Shown piece after piece: positions 46,701 to 61,711 of a stretch of DNA of 64,000 nucleotides. The stretch spans positions 1,212,184 through 1,276,183 of the forward strand of contig NW_003314272.1 in the NCBI RefSeq assembly GCF_000143415.4, written 5' to 3'. The position numbers and the translations under genes were made by a program. Within the stretch, counting starts at the first letter, position 1; the number at the start of each line of letters is the position of its first letter. The stretch comes from Selaginella moellendorffii (lineage: Eukaryota; Plantae; Lycopodiophyta). The notes under the pieces were generated by a model. It had not been told where the DNA came from. It made no database searches and was given only the letters and a program-made list of their open reading frames with translations.

Positions 46701-48565
46701 ACAACTAAATCATCAACACTATCTCTATTGAGACTAATGAAACTTAATATCAATCTTTCGGAGAGATATTTCATCCCACTTAAATCTCAACGTTAATAAT
46801 ATCAACGATAAGGCATCACTTGAATGCTATCAACACCAGAAGAAAGCTAAAAGAAAGCAAGAGTGAATCACCACTTAAAACTCTCTAGCAACTAAGTTAA
46901 CCAAAGTCGAAAATACCTTAGTTAGTATCCGAGACCAATCCTTAAGCAATACTTAGTTTCAGATAACACATCATCAAGGTGTGATTCACCACATCCACGA
47001 CTCAATGAAATCCAACACTACGGACTAAATGTAACCAAATGATATCAATAGAGGTAGAGTCAATATGCCAACATGGAAAACCCATGTAAGTTTAACAACA
47101 CGATCCTCCGCAACACCATTCGGTAAAGCAAGTCCATCACCATTAAATCATCATCGAGGAAAGCAAGTGTCAAATAGTCCTCAACAAAGTCTCCAAGCAA
47201 TCATTAGTTGTCAAGAAATTAATAATCACTCTTTCAACTTGCCTTCACAAGACCCAAACACTAAACTCATGTCATCAAGTCATATACTTGTCCAACATGA
47301 ACGTGATACCCTAGGTACAAGATAAAAGTTCATAGACAAGCACAAAATAAATGACCACTCAAATCCAACTTAACCACAATAAACTCACTAAAACATTTAG
47401 CCAACAGCTCTGAACATGTCTTGAAGAGGCTAGCTATGCATGATCAACACTTAGTCGAAAATTAAAGTGAAGACCATAAAATGGACTCATATTAGGATAC
47501 AACCTCCTCTTAGACAAAGCTATAGTATGGGTACCAACACCTCAAACTCAAACAACTAAATTGGACATCACCATCCTTAGCCAAGGCGTAAGGCCACCAA
47601 GACCAAGTCAAGATCAGTGAGAGGTCACTACTTTCATAGAGTATAACGAAATGCAAGGTGCAAACTACTACCAAGCACAATGCTATAAAAGAAAGGCACA
47701 AAGGTCACTTTTCTTAGAAAAGCGCAATAACCACTTTCTACACCAACTCCAGACTCTATCCAACTCAATTGCCTTAGCCCTAAAAGTCAACATCCCTTTC
47801 AGGCTGCATCATGCAAACTACTTACTAAGGTCTAAGCCCAAAGCGACATGAGCCCAGAGCAACTTGGAATAGTCCTAGAGCAACCGACATCCCAATGCCA
47901 AGACCAACACGCAAAACAGAGCCAAACGAAGTCTAGCGCTATTTCAGTATACTGGTGGCTTAACATGAGGACATGGGTACTCCACCAACTAGCATGGAAT
48001 GGAACTTGGGCTTAGACCCAAGCCGGATGCAGAACAAGAATAGGCACGCAAGTAAGAGCTAGACTATACCTCAGGTTGGTCGGCCATGCCCAACTTACCC
48101 CCTATCCCTATTATACATTTGGAACCCCCCACAACACCCTCCCCCCCTTCCCCCCCTTGAGAAACACACGCTTTGGGCTTTCACCCCAAGCTTCCCTTAG
48201 TATTAGGAATTAGTCTCTAGGACAAACTCGAAACTTATTAAATATGGAATGGCACTAGATTGCGAATTTGGATACGAGACGAACACCATTGTGTTTAGGT
48301 CAATCTCTACATTCCGTAGATATGCCAAATGAGCAAATCTAGACACTTTCCATAAATATCATTTGGGACTGGAATGAGACTAATGCTAAGGGCATGATAG
48401 CAAGGGTGTTTGGTAGACACGATAAGCTATCATCTAGCGATATTAAGGGACTAAGCTTAATATCCCAACATTAGCAAGTGCAAGTTAATGGTGGCAGTAA
48501 GGAAAGAGTGTCCATAAGGATTGGTTGATAGATAACTTTCAATACCCGAAGTCACATTTGTGACA
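43714..48565 (-). mobile_element. Non-coding LTR element: LTR 43714-44759, ~3 kb ORF-free interior, truncated second LTR ~47830-48565
   Basis: LTR termini TGTAGCAC...GTGACA; purine tract GGGGGGAAGAG (minus strand) abutting 44759; long direct similarity between the two copies. Confidence 0.75.
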
Positions 48566-49118
48566 GATATAATCGCATGATGAGGTAGTCCCAAAGATCA
48601 ATAAGACTTAATGGTCAAGTCTTCAGGCCTTGATCTAATAGTGGTGTTGATGGGCACTATCATGGACGAAATAAAACTTGGTGTGGACTAAAGAAGGGAT
48701 ATTGAGGAAATATGTTCTTCATATCTTTGGGCATTCTAAAGATGCTAAGGTGTAGTTATGAGATGACAGATGGCCTAGTCTTTGAGAGATGGGATTATAG
48801 TATAGGTGGTCTTGGACTACCAATGATATAAAGGTGAATGAATATAACTTTAGTGTAATGGGTTAATATGTCAATGGTATCTTGAGATGTTTATTATGGG
48901 ATTGAATACGTGGAGCACTTGGATGAAGTGAAAAAGTTGAGTGGTATTGAGGCTATTCATGGGGCTAGCAAAGGAATAAAACTTATAAAAGTTGTAAGTG
49001 AAACTTTTTAAGTGGTCAAAGTTGTGGTTAAATAATTAAAGTAAAATGAAAAATTTAGTTGTTTACAATTCACAATTTAATAAATAGAAGTTGGGAGTCA
49101 AGCTAATGTCAATCTCAA

Positions 49119-50387
49119 TGTAACACACGTGGTTTTTACCCTTTATCCTATAGTGATTTACTATAGGATAACACCACGAAGCGGAACCTAAACCCTCTTT
49201 TATGCCATGTGACAGATGCCACATGTCACATGCCACATGTCCAAAAGACAATGGTGTGGAACCCAAGTTTTAGGGCCTTAAGCCACTGAATAAAGGAACA
49301 GTCAAACTCCTAAGTATGGAGCCAAGGAGTGATGGAACTGAACCACAAAGCAACTCCTGAGCATACAGACCAAGGAGCAAAGGGATAGGGGCATAAAGTG
49401 ACTTGGAACAGTTTTAGAGCAACTAGCATCCCAATGCCAAGACTAGCATGCAAAATGGAGCCAAACAATATCTGGCACTATTTCAGCATACCGGTGGCCT
49501 AACACGAGGATATGGGTACTCGACCAGCTAGCATGGTGTAAAGCTTGGGCTTAGACCTAAGCCAAATGCAAAATAAGGACGGACACGCAAGCGAGAGCTA
49601 GATTATGCCTCAGATTGGTCGGCCATACCCAACCTACCCACTATCCCTACTATACATTTAGAAACCCCCTACAACNNNNNNNNNNNNNNNNNNNNNNNNN
49701 NNNNNNNNNNNNNNNNNNNNNNNNNNNNNNNNNNNNNNNNNNNNNNNNNNNNNNNNNNNNNNNNNNNNNNNNNNNCCGCACCCCCCCCCCCCCCCCCCCT
49801 CCCCCTAAAGAATACATGTTTTGGGCTTTCACCCCAAGCCTCCCTTAGTATTAGGAGTTAGTCTTTGGGACAAGTTCAAAACTTATTAAATATGGAATGT
49901 CTTCCATAAATTGCAAATTTGGACACGGGACGAACACTATTGTGTTCAAGACAATCTCTACATTCCATAGATATGCCAAATAAGCAAATCTAGATGCTTT
50001 CCATAAATAGTATTTAGGACCAAATTGAGACTAACACAAAGGGCATGATAATGAGGGTATTTAGCAGACACGGTAAGATATCATGTAGCAATATTGAGGG
50101 ACTAATCTCAATATGCGAGGGGTTCTTATCACTAGCAAGTGCAAGATAAAATGAGATGGGAACTCTTTACCGGGCTTAGTATGTTTAGCTAATAATACGT
50201 AGGAATTCCGTCCTTATGCTCGTCCGGTCTAAATACACTTGAAATGCCCAGTTAACTCCACCAGCACAAGAGGGACTGATAAAGGATTCAACAATATCGA
50301 CCTTCTGCTATCGTGGCAGTAAAGAAAGAGTGTTCATAAGGACTAGCCGACAGATAACTTTCAATACCTGAAGTCACATTTGCGACA
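49119..50387 (-). mobile_element. Solo LTR of the same family with TSD CTCAA; contains the assembly gap
   Basis: TGTAACAC...GCGACA flanked by CTCAA at 49114-49118 and 50388-50392; collinear with 43714-44759. Confidence 0.88.
49676..49775. other. Assembly gap (100 N)
   Basis: Run of N next to a poly-C tract. Confidence 1.
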
Positions 50388-51666
50388 CTCAATATGTGAT
50401 ATGATTTTATATAATAATGCCAAATGTAAGCTTTTAGATTTAAACTTCTTATGATATCACTTAGTTGTAAACTTTTGAATTTATTCAAACCCAAAAGCAC
50501 TTAACCCTAAGTATCCTTAACCAATTAAAAAAGAGGGTGCATTTTTATTTATAAGCTATTTCCCTTCTCTTGAGTTGTTCTTTTTAGTTATTTACACCAT
50601 CCAATACTACTCAAATTTAAGGGTGCTTAACTTCAAGTATCCCAAAACTCTTAACCGATTGGAAAAAAAAGTGTTCTTTTATTCATAAATCATTTCCATT
50701 TATTTTGAACTCTTATGAATCATCTTTTGAGTCATTCTCTTTAGTTGTTTATAATTTTCATTAGTGACTATGAAAAAAAGTTACAATTACCATAAGAAAC
50801 AAATTCCCACCCCAAATTGCTAATATGTATGATGTGGATTTTCCAAATTTTTAGATATGCTATTATCATCTACAAGCACACTTACAATCTAACTAATCCA
50901 TAGTGCAATGCTGTTGAAAAGGAAGAAGTGATGTAATGATAATATGTATGGACAAATTTTTATTAAGAAAAAGGATATAAGTTTTGGTAAGAAATTAAGT
51001 TATAATTAGTAAGAACTATACATGAGATAATAAGAAGTTATAATAATATTCAATATGAAATTTATAGTCACTTTAATTTGAAATTATGTTGCTATGGAGT
51101 GTGTTTCACAAAATGGTTTTAGAAGGCATGTGGCTAATGGAATTTACTTTTGTCCTTGCTTTTAGTCCTTATAAAACGTTAAAGTATGGATTTTAGGGAT
51201 GGCTCTAGTCAACTTATACTCAATGAAACAAATAAGGAGTGACCCTAGACCAACCTCCCAACTTTTAAAGCATAACAGCACATGCTATAGAATATTCTTA
51301 GGATATTCTTGTGGTTTGTGTTATTCTCCCCTCATGAACCAACTGTGGATGGCAATCTCAAGAAGTTAAATGAGCTTTACATGAAGAGAGTCCAAGGCAA
51401 TATAACCATGGAGAAAAAATGTGTAAATGGCAACACCAACATTGTGCCAAAAGGCTACGAAAGAAAGAAAACATTATGGCTTTCTCATATAATAATATGA
51501 TCATGGAAACAAGAGAATATAAATAAAACAAACAATTATAGACCTCCCTTTCATCAGGAATGTCATTTAAGTCATATCCAAAACTCATTAACACTCTCTT
51601 TATATCATCCTCAATTTCCTATATAGCTTCATCTATGAAATAATTATTCCACTAAACCAACAACTC

Positions 51667-54100
51667 CTAAGTTATTTTACATGTGTTTTTAAGCATGATT
51701 ATTGGCCAGATTTGCCTTCTTTGTATCAATATAGGGATGATGGACTTATCCATGACATCACTAGAGTGCAAACACACTTTAAACTTGCTCACATGGAATG
51801 TTGGATGAATCTTTAAACTAATTAGCAAGTCCAAGATATAAGCAAGATCCCCCACATACTGTAAAATTATCTATGGCTCACAATACCATGGAAACAACTT
51901 AGCATTGCCACCTTCTTTTAAAAATTATTGTATATTCAACAGCTTAAGGAAAACTTTGTTACCAACTTCATACTCCTAATAACAACAATGCTCATTAACC
52001 AATCTTTAATTTTATTCTTGAGGTTATTTCATATTCAACTTTGCCAACTCAAGCTTATCTTCTATATCCTCTAGGAAATCACAAGCATGAGACACCCTAA
52101 CTAAAGCCAAACTCAAACTCATGAAAGATTTAAACTCATAATCATATATTACCATAGGTATCGAAGAAAATGGCACAGGTTCGATTCCCATTAATTAATA
52201 GTTACTTAAAATGTAATATACCCTTGAGTAAGATATATTCCTACCCCTAAATTTGAAATCATATATATTGGGCATCCATGTGTATGTCCTTCCTCTTGTG
52301 GAGCATCAAATGGATGACTAGTTGCTTTATATGGAATAATTAATCTACACAATAAAAGAATTGGTAGATTCAATGTGAAAATGGAGGTGTTGATTCCTTT
52401 TGGCTCAATAAAAATTGTTAGTCAATAGTCAATGAGGATATTGACATATGTTAATTCCCTTTAGCTTAGTAGGGGTTGTTAATCAATAGTTATTGAGGAT
52501 ATTGACATTTTTTAAGGGGGGTGAGTGTAGTGCATGTGATTATGGGATAACATTTGGATATACTGTCACTGTGGATCCTTGGAACCTCAAGTTGGAAATA
52601 AAGGTGTTAGTTCTTCTTGGCTTAGTAGGGGTTAATAGTCAATAATTAATGAAGATATTGACATCTCTGAAGGGGGGGTAAGTTTCTTGGAACCTTAAAA
52701 AATAAATGGGGATAAAATAACTACTAAGGGTTCTCTCATTAAGCAATTACTTCTTTTTCAGTTGGCTTTAAGGGAGAGAAATAGGGTGTTACATATTGTG
52801 AGCAAATTGGACTAAAGGCAATTACTTTCCCATACTCCTTGGCAAGTCAAATTTCTAAAAAATTATATATATTTAAGAAAAATGACATAAGAGAAGAGGG
52901 AGGAGAAAACACTTTGGTGACAGGGATCACGCAACAAAAGCCAGGCTGCATGGAGAAACACATAAAAGACAAGTCAAATTCTTTATAAAAAATCTCAACA
53001 TATCTTCCAAGAGTTGATTTATGCATTCTATCTACCTATTCAATTATGGATGCTCACCATTACTTATATTTAACTTAGTCTTTAGTTTCTCAAATACTAT
53101 TTGCCAAAACTTGGACTTGAACTTGGGATCCCAATCACTCATAATATCACCTGACAAACCATAAAGATTGATTAACTGGTTTATAAATAGCTTAGTAAAT
53201 TTAGAAGCTTTAATTGTCATTTTCACTAAGAAGAAGTGAACCATCTTCATTAAATGATCCACAACAACAAAAATAGCATTATTTCTTAAAAGGTCTTGAG
53301 CAAACTAGTGAAAAATTTATCAAGATGCTATCCCACTTATTTATTGGTACGTGTAGAGGATGATAGAGGCTAATGAGCTTCTAATGATCAACTTTGGTTA
53401 CTTAGCAAGTCAAACAACCATATGTATACTTATCAACATCTAACTTCATCTTAAGCCAAAAGAAATGCCTCTTCATTAGCATATATGTTTTTAATACCTT
53501 GAATGCCCAATATTTGGCACATCATGACACTCAACCAAAATTTGTTTAACAAATTTATCAATATAAGAAACTATCATATGTCACTTCTTCACCTGAATTC
53601 TATCATACATCTTGAATAACATAAATTATCACACTTTAAATTTGTAGAGGCATCTCTCTATAAAACCTTTTCATGAATATCAATGATAAAAGAGTTGAAG
53701 TCAATAAACTCTTTAAGAATATTTGGTTTGAATTCAAATGGAAATCTAATCCATACAAATAATGTTACCATTTCTTCATAGTAACAATTACAACATACAA
53801 CTCCTTATCTTGAATAAACTAACTCTATTATGTGGCATCAAACTTATGGCTCATGTATGTAAGTAGATGGCTAGTTGTCCAATAGACTTCTCAAAATCAA
53901 AAATCTTCAACACAAGAGCAGAGATACAACACTATTAACACCAATTAACACTTCTCATCCCAACCATGAATAATAATATATTTTAATGTATTCTAAAGAA
54001 TATCAGTCAAGCAAGCAATTATCTTTGAGACATTTTTCACAAATCATTGAAAAATTCTAGCTATACCAAAAATACTACAAAGATCATTACTCCCTATACT
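51667..54100 (-). mobile_element. Degenerate Ty3/gypsy pol remnants (RT/RNase H, integrase core, C-terminal region)
   Basis: FVKNVSKIIACLTD, IFVVVDHLMKMVHF, LYGLSGDIMSDWDPKFKSKFW, LPLVQFAHN, GDLAYILDL...IHPTFHVSKFK. Confidence 0.8.
52212..52793. mobile_element. Probable second-family LTR inserted in the gypsy integrase, with internal ~60-bp repeats
   Basis: Starts TGTAATATACCC and ends GGGTGTTACA; three copies of (agtc)aatagt.a.tgaggatattgacat; no matching TSD seen. Confidence 0.45.
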
Positions 54101-55608
54101 AATGAAATGAACAAGGAGCAAGCCTACACCAACCTCCCAACCCTTTAGGCCAAATCCCATAGGCTGTAGAATATTCGTAGAATATTCCTATGGTTTATGT
54201 CACTCAAGCTCTGGACAGATAAATCAAACTAGCAAGATTTTTGGCATGTCCAATAGGTCTTATGATCATATCCATTGCATAAAGCTAGAGCTCTGAGGTG
54301 TATGAGAGTGGTGGTCCAAGAAGAACAATAGCAAACCTTTGAAGAATGCCTCTTTTTTTTGCTCCAAAGCTCTTCAATTGACAAAGTACAAGAAATCAAG
54401 GGCCTTCTCTGAGGTGTTTTATCTCCACAAGTGGGAGCTGCTCTTGTCACTTTTTCCATGAGGTATGGTTGAGGAGGGCCTTTGGGAGGTTGGAGCTTGT
54501 TAACTTGGAACACAATAATGGGTACATACTAGGTACATGTGGATAGCTTCACGTTTTCAAGCATCTATGGAGCTTGCTTGGACCTTTGCAACAAGTCCAT
54601 TCACCAGCGAGTAGTCTCTGTTGGACAAAGCCAACTTGGTTATGAAGAATGTGCATGTACAAGGTGTGCTCACTTGGACTACACAAGGAAGAGATGGTAG
54701 GGATGAGACAACCATATTTCCTGGATGGCCTTCCTGGCTGCATGCTAGTTACACAATGAAGATATAGCCCAAGAGAGACAGGGTCGATCACCTGGAGTCG
54801 TTGTTGATCATCATGGTTCTCATGAGATAATCTCTGTCATCCATTTGCTCCTGCACCATGCTAATGCTTGTGCTTCCTATTGAGTCTTGAGGCAAAATCT
54901 TTCTTTCACTGGTGAAATGGTGTCAAAGAGACAACCTTTCTTAGCATGTGGAACGAGGTCCATGAACCACTGGCCTTGTACCATTTGCTCCAAGAACTCG
55001 GTGTACCTCATTGAGCAACTTGGGCTCTTGCTTCCCGCTGTCCACGAAGAGATCTTGTTTAAGACCGCTTGATTCACGCTCATTGAGAATGCAAATTTAT
55101 GAATGTTCCAATTTGACAGCTTTGGTTAGCAAATTGAGGCGCTAAGGACAGCTGTGAACCTCGCAGCACTTCGAAGCTGCTGCAGTTTGTGGGCATGCCA
55201 CGCCTTAAACATGCACTTCGTGGGCACCTGTAGCGATAAAGGGTACTGGAAGAGCGATGCGTCTTCAAAATTATGCATTTGTTTTAGCTTGAGCTTCTTC
55301 AGTATCTCAAGAGATTGATCCACGACGTTTTAGAAGGAAAGACTCTCTTATGGTTGAATAGTCAAGATTGACCATAATAACTCCGGAAGCTTGCTGGGCG
55401 AGGCTCTGGTGTTAAAATTATTTAGTTAAGCATGTTTTATGTTAAACAGAAAAGGAGCAGTTTAGGGCAGCTAGAGGATATCCTCTGTGGATGCCGTGAA
55501 GGGACGGTTATAGAACCGCCACGTGTAAGAAGGCGGGCCATTGTTAGGCATTATTTAAGAAGTTAGGGCACGGGAGCTCGAGTCGGGGTCGATCGAGAGC
55601 AAGGGAGG

Positions 55609-56049
55609 ATGCCATCGGTTATGGGCGGCGGCAGCGGCAGCGGCGAGAATGAATCGCCCATTCGCAGCGGCGGGCGGCCCCCGCGCACATTCAGCCTCAG
55701 CAATCTCATATCGGAGCTGGTTGGATCGTCGTCGTCCAAGAGCCAGCAGCAGCAGCAGCAGCAGCCACCAGCGGCGCCGCCCATCCGGCGGATGTGGTCC
55801 GCGGGGGACGTGGAGGGGCTGACGCGCTGCCCCTACTCGGCGGTGGTGAAGAACCCGGGCGTGCCATTCGAGTTCCAGATGCCCGTCCACTACCCGCGCT
55901 TCACCCGGCAGCAGTACGCCACCATGCCCGAGTGGCAGATCGATCGGCTGCTCGAGGAGTATGGGCTGCCCGCGCACGACATGGGTGGCGTTGAGGACAA
56001 GCGCCAGTACGCCATCGGTGCCTTCCTGTGGAAGGAGCAGCAATCTTAA
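55609..56049 (+). CDS. Small plant-specific protein of unknown function (FQMPxHYPR family)
   Basis: GC-rich intact ORF; conserved C-terminal FQMPVHYPRFTRQQYATMPEWQIDRLLEEYGLP...KRQYAIGAFLW; low-complexity N-terminus. Confidence 0.88.
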   Translation: MPSVMGGGSGSGENESPIRSGGRPPRTFSLSNLISELVGSSSSKSQQQQQQQPPAAPPIRRMWSAGDVEGLTRCPYSAVVKNPGVPFEFQMPVHYPRFTRQQYATMPEWQIDRLLEEYGLPAHDMGGVEDKRQYAIGAFLWKEQQS

Positions 56050-57111
56050 GCGCGCCCGCGATCCAGGCGGTTTTCTTCACGAGGAGGTGAGAGATAGAGG
56101 AGTGGGAGAGAGTTGGAATCCATAGCTTTCGCTTGTGTTGGTGACGAAAGGGAAGAAAGGATTTCGAATATTCTGACCTAAAGTGGCACGGTGGCCGTGG
56201 ATCCGGTCGCACGGCCGGCGGCTGCGATTCTCTGGGGGATAGCGCGGGGGATATACCGTGCCGTCCCTGCCGCCAGTCTTGGCGGCTAGCCCCCAGATTT
56301 AGCGTAGCGCGTCTTTTTGTAAAAGTAGAAAACGTTTGGAATACACAAAGCTGTTCCTTCACGGCATTCCCGTTGTTCCAACGCGGTAGCTTTGGTGGCA
56401 AACCTCGCTAACTAACATAACATAACGTAACAGCCCTGGCGGCTAACTTAACCGCTGTGTTAGTGGAGTCCGCAACCGAAAAGCGTGTGTTGTTGAATGT
56501 GGGTTGGATAGATAGACTTTGGTTTTTTTTTTTTTTTCTCCTGGTGGGCTTTGATCGCTCAATCAAGAGAGAGGGAGAGAGAGGCGTGGTCTTGCAAAAA
56601 TCCACTAAAAAAGAACTCGTCAAGAAAAGGAAGGAGTAAAAAGAAAGAGAAACTTGGAAACCCCCCCTGTGTGTTTCATGGTACTGGAGTTACGATCTCC
56701 ACGACGGCACGCGGTGGTGGTGGAGTCAAAGGGCCGCCAAGCCCAAGGCGAGAGAGAGATCCCTGGGAGAGCTCTCTCGTAGGTAGGCACCACTTCGTGT
56801 TACTACTTTAGCACTACCAGTCACTGGGACACCGCGAGAGTTCCCGTCTGGGATCTACCAAGGGTACCACCAACACAAACAAAAAGTAAGAGATTTGGGG
56901 AGAGCTCCTCTTTTTTTGCTCCTTTGGGGGTCAGTGACATGGTTAGTCGTGCTGCCCCCTGATGATGAGAAAGAGGCGGAGGAAGCTAAGGCTTTCGTGT
57001 AAGTTTTTTCTCTTGTTGTGGATCTAGAAGATGGTCTCGTTTCTAACTTCGCTTGGTTCTTGGTTTTTTTTTTTTGGCCTATGGCAGAGAGCGGTGTGAA
57101 GCCAAGTCGCC

Positions 57112-60424
<3,313 letters not shown>

Positions 60425-61711
60425 CCGTGGCCTCCTCTTTTGCGATCGTGATTCATTTAGGACTGATCGTAGTCGCGCTCTGATTCGAGCCAAACTAAAC
60501 TGTTTTGCTGCTAATAAGCTGCTGCTGAGTGTAAATATCGAACAAGAAACTCTCACTCTTCTTCCATAGTCCTGTTTGCTAGGGGATCAAGTAGGACGAG
60601 GTGCTACCCAAAGTGCCGACTTTGCAGCTGTGTGTTCCTAAAACTTCTGAAGTCCAACACGGTTTTGCATAAATCTAAATTAAAGTAGATAATCATACAT
60701 TTCTCCTATATAATTAGACTATATTTCTGCTCAAATAAGTGACAAATTTTACTTCATATGTTTTTTAAGTCTTACTTAATATTCTATTTCCTATTATTAA
60801 TATTATCTAAAATATTATTATTACAATGGCATCATGACTAAAAAATATTATAAATTAAAATTTTAATAATTTTCAAATGAGAATTTTCTTATAAAGACAT
60901 ATATAATTAAAAATGACAATATAATGTGTTCTAAACTATAAACTTTATATTTTAATTATATAATAACTAAGGAATATCTTATAATATTATTTCTTAAAAT
61001 AAATATTCAGAATACATTAATCCAGCTTCCCAAGTGGATTATGTTGGCTTGTATGGAAGGTGTTTGAACACTCTTGACACAAAGAAAGTTTTTGACAAAC
61101 TAAAAGACCAAAATATTAATTAGTGGAGCATAATAATCTTGGCAATCTTTTACATACATTATGATGATAGAAAGTAACCATGTCCATTATGTAAAAAAGT
61201 AGAGATTTATGTAGATTCAAGTGTCTTAGTAACACAAGCTTTGAATTAGGAACATACTATGTGGTTTTTATGTTGAGATTAGTTTGATTCTTTGTTCAAG
61301 AGTTACATGTGTAAAAAGTGCTTCTAAAGGTTGTGTTATAAAAATCAAGCAGAAAGTAGAGGCCAAAGTCTATATATAATTATTAATCTTCCCATCAAAT
61401 CTCTCAATCCTGGTTGGAGAAGTGAGAGCCTGTGTTAACATTAGATTAAGGAAGATTCTAAAATATTCCTGGCTATTCCCATAAAGTTTTCTAAAACCAA
61501 AATTTCATATAAGAAGCAGGACAAAATAGGAAGAATTAAATAAATAGGTTTTATAAGATTTGTAATTAAGGTAAATAGCATATAAACTGATCACCTATTC
61601 CCCTGCTTTACTTTAGATTGTTCTTGAACAGATCAACGAGCAAATCACAGTTTTTTCGGATTTCGCAGTGTTTTCTAAGGTCTTCTGCCCCAAGGGGTTG
61701 ACTGAGGGTGT

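Noticed and set aside
52175-52192. Isolated GGTTCGATTCCC (tRNA B-box-like)
   Set aside because: No A box or cloverleaf nearby, and not adjacent to the LTR end as a PBS would be.
52380-52670. Spaced ~30-60-bp repeats superficially like a CRISPR array
   Set aside because: Eukaryotic context, only three degenerate tandem units inside an LTR-like sequence, no unique spacers or cas genes.
56939-57000. Upstream ATGs as the start of the JmjC gene
   Set aside because: One frame stops after 7 codons and the other creates TAG at the splice junction; ATG 57112 splices in frame, so these are at most uORFs.
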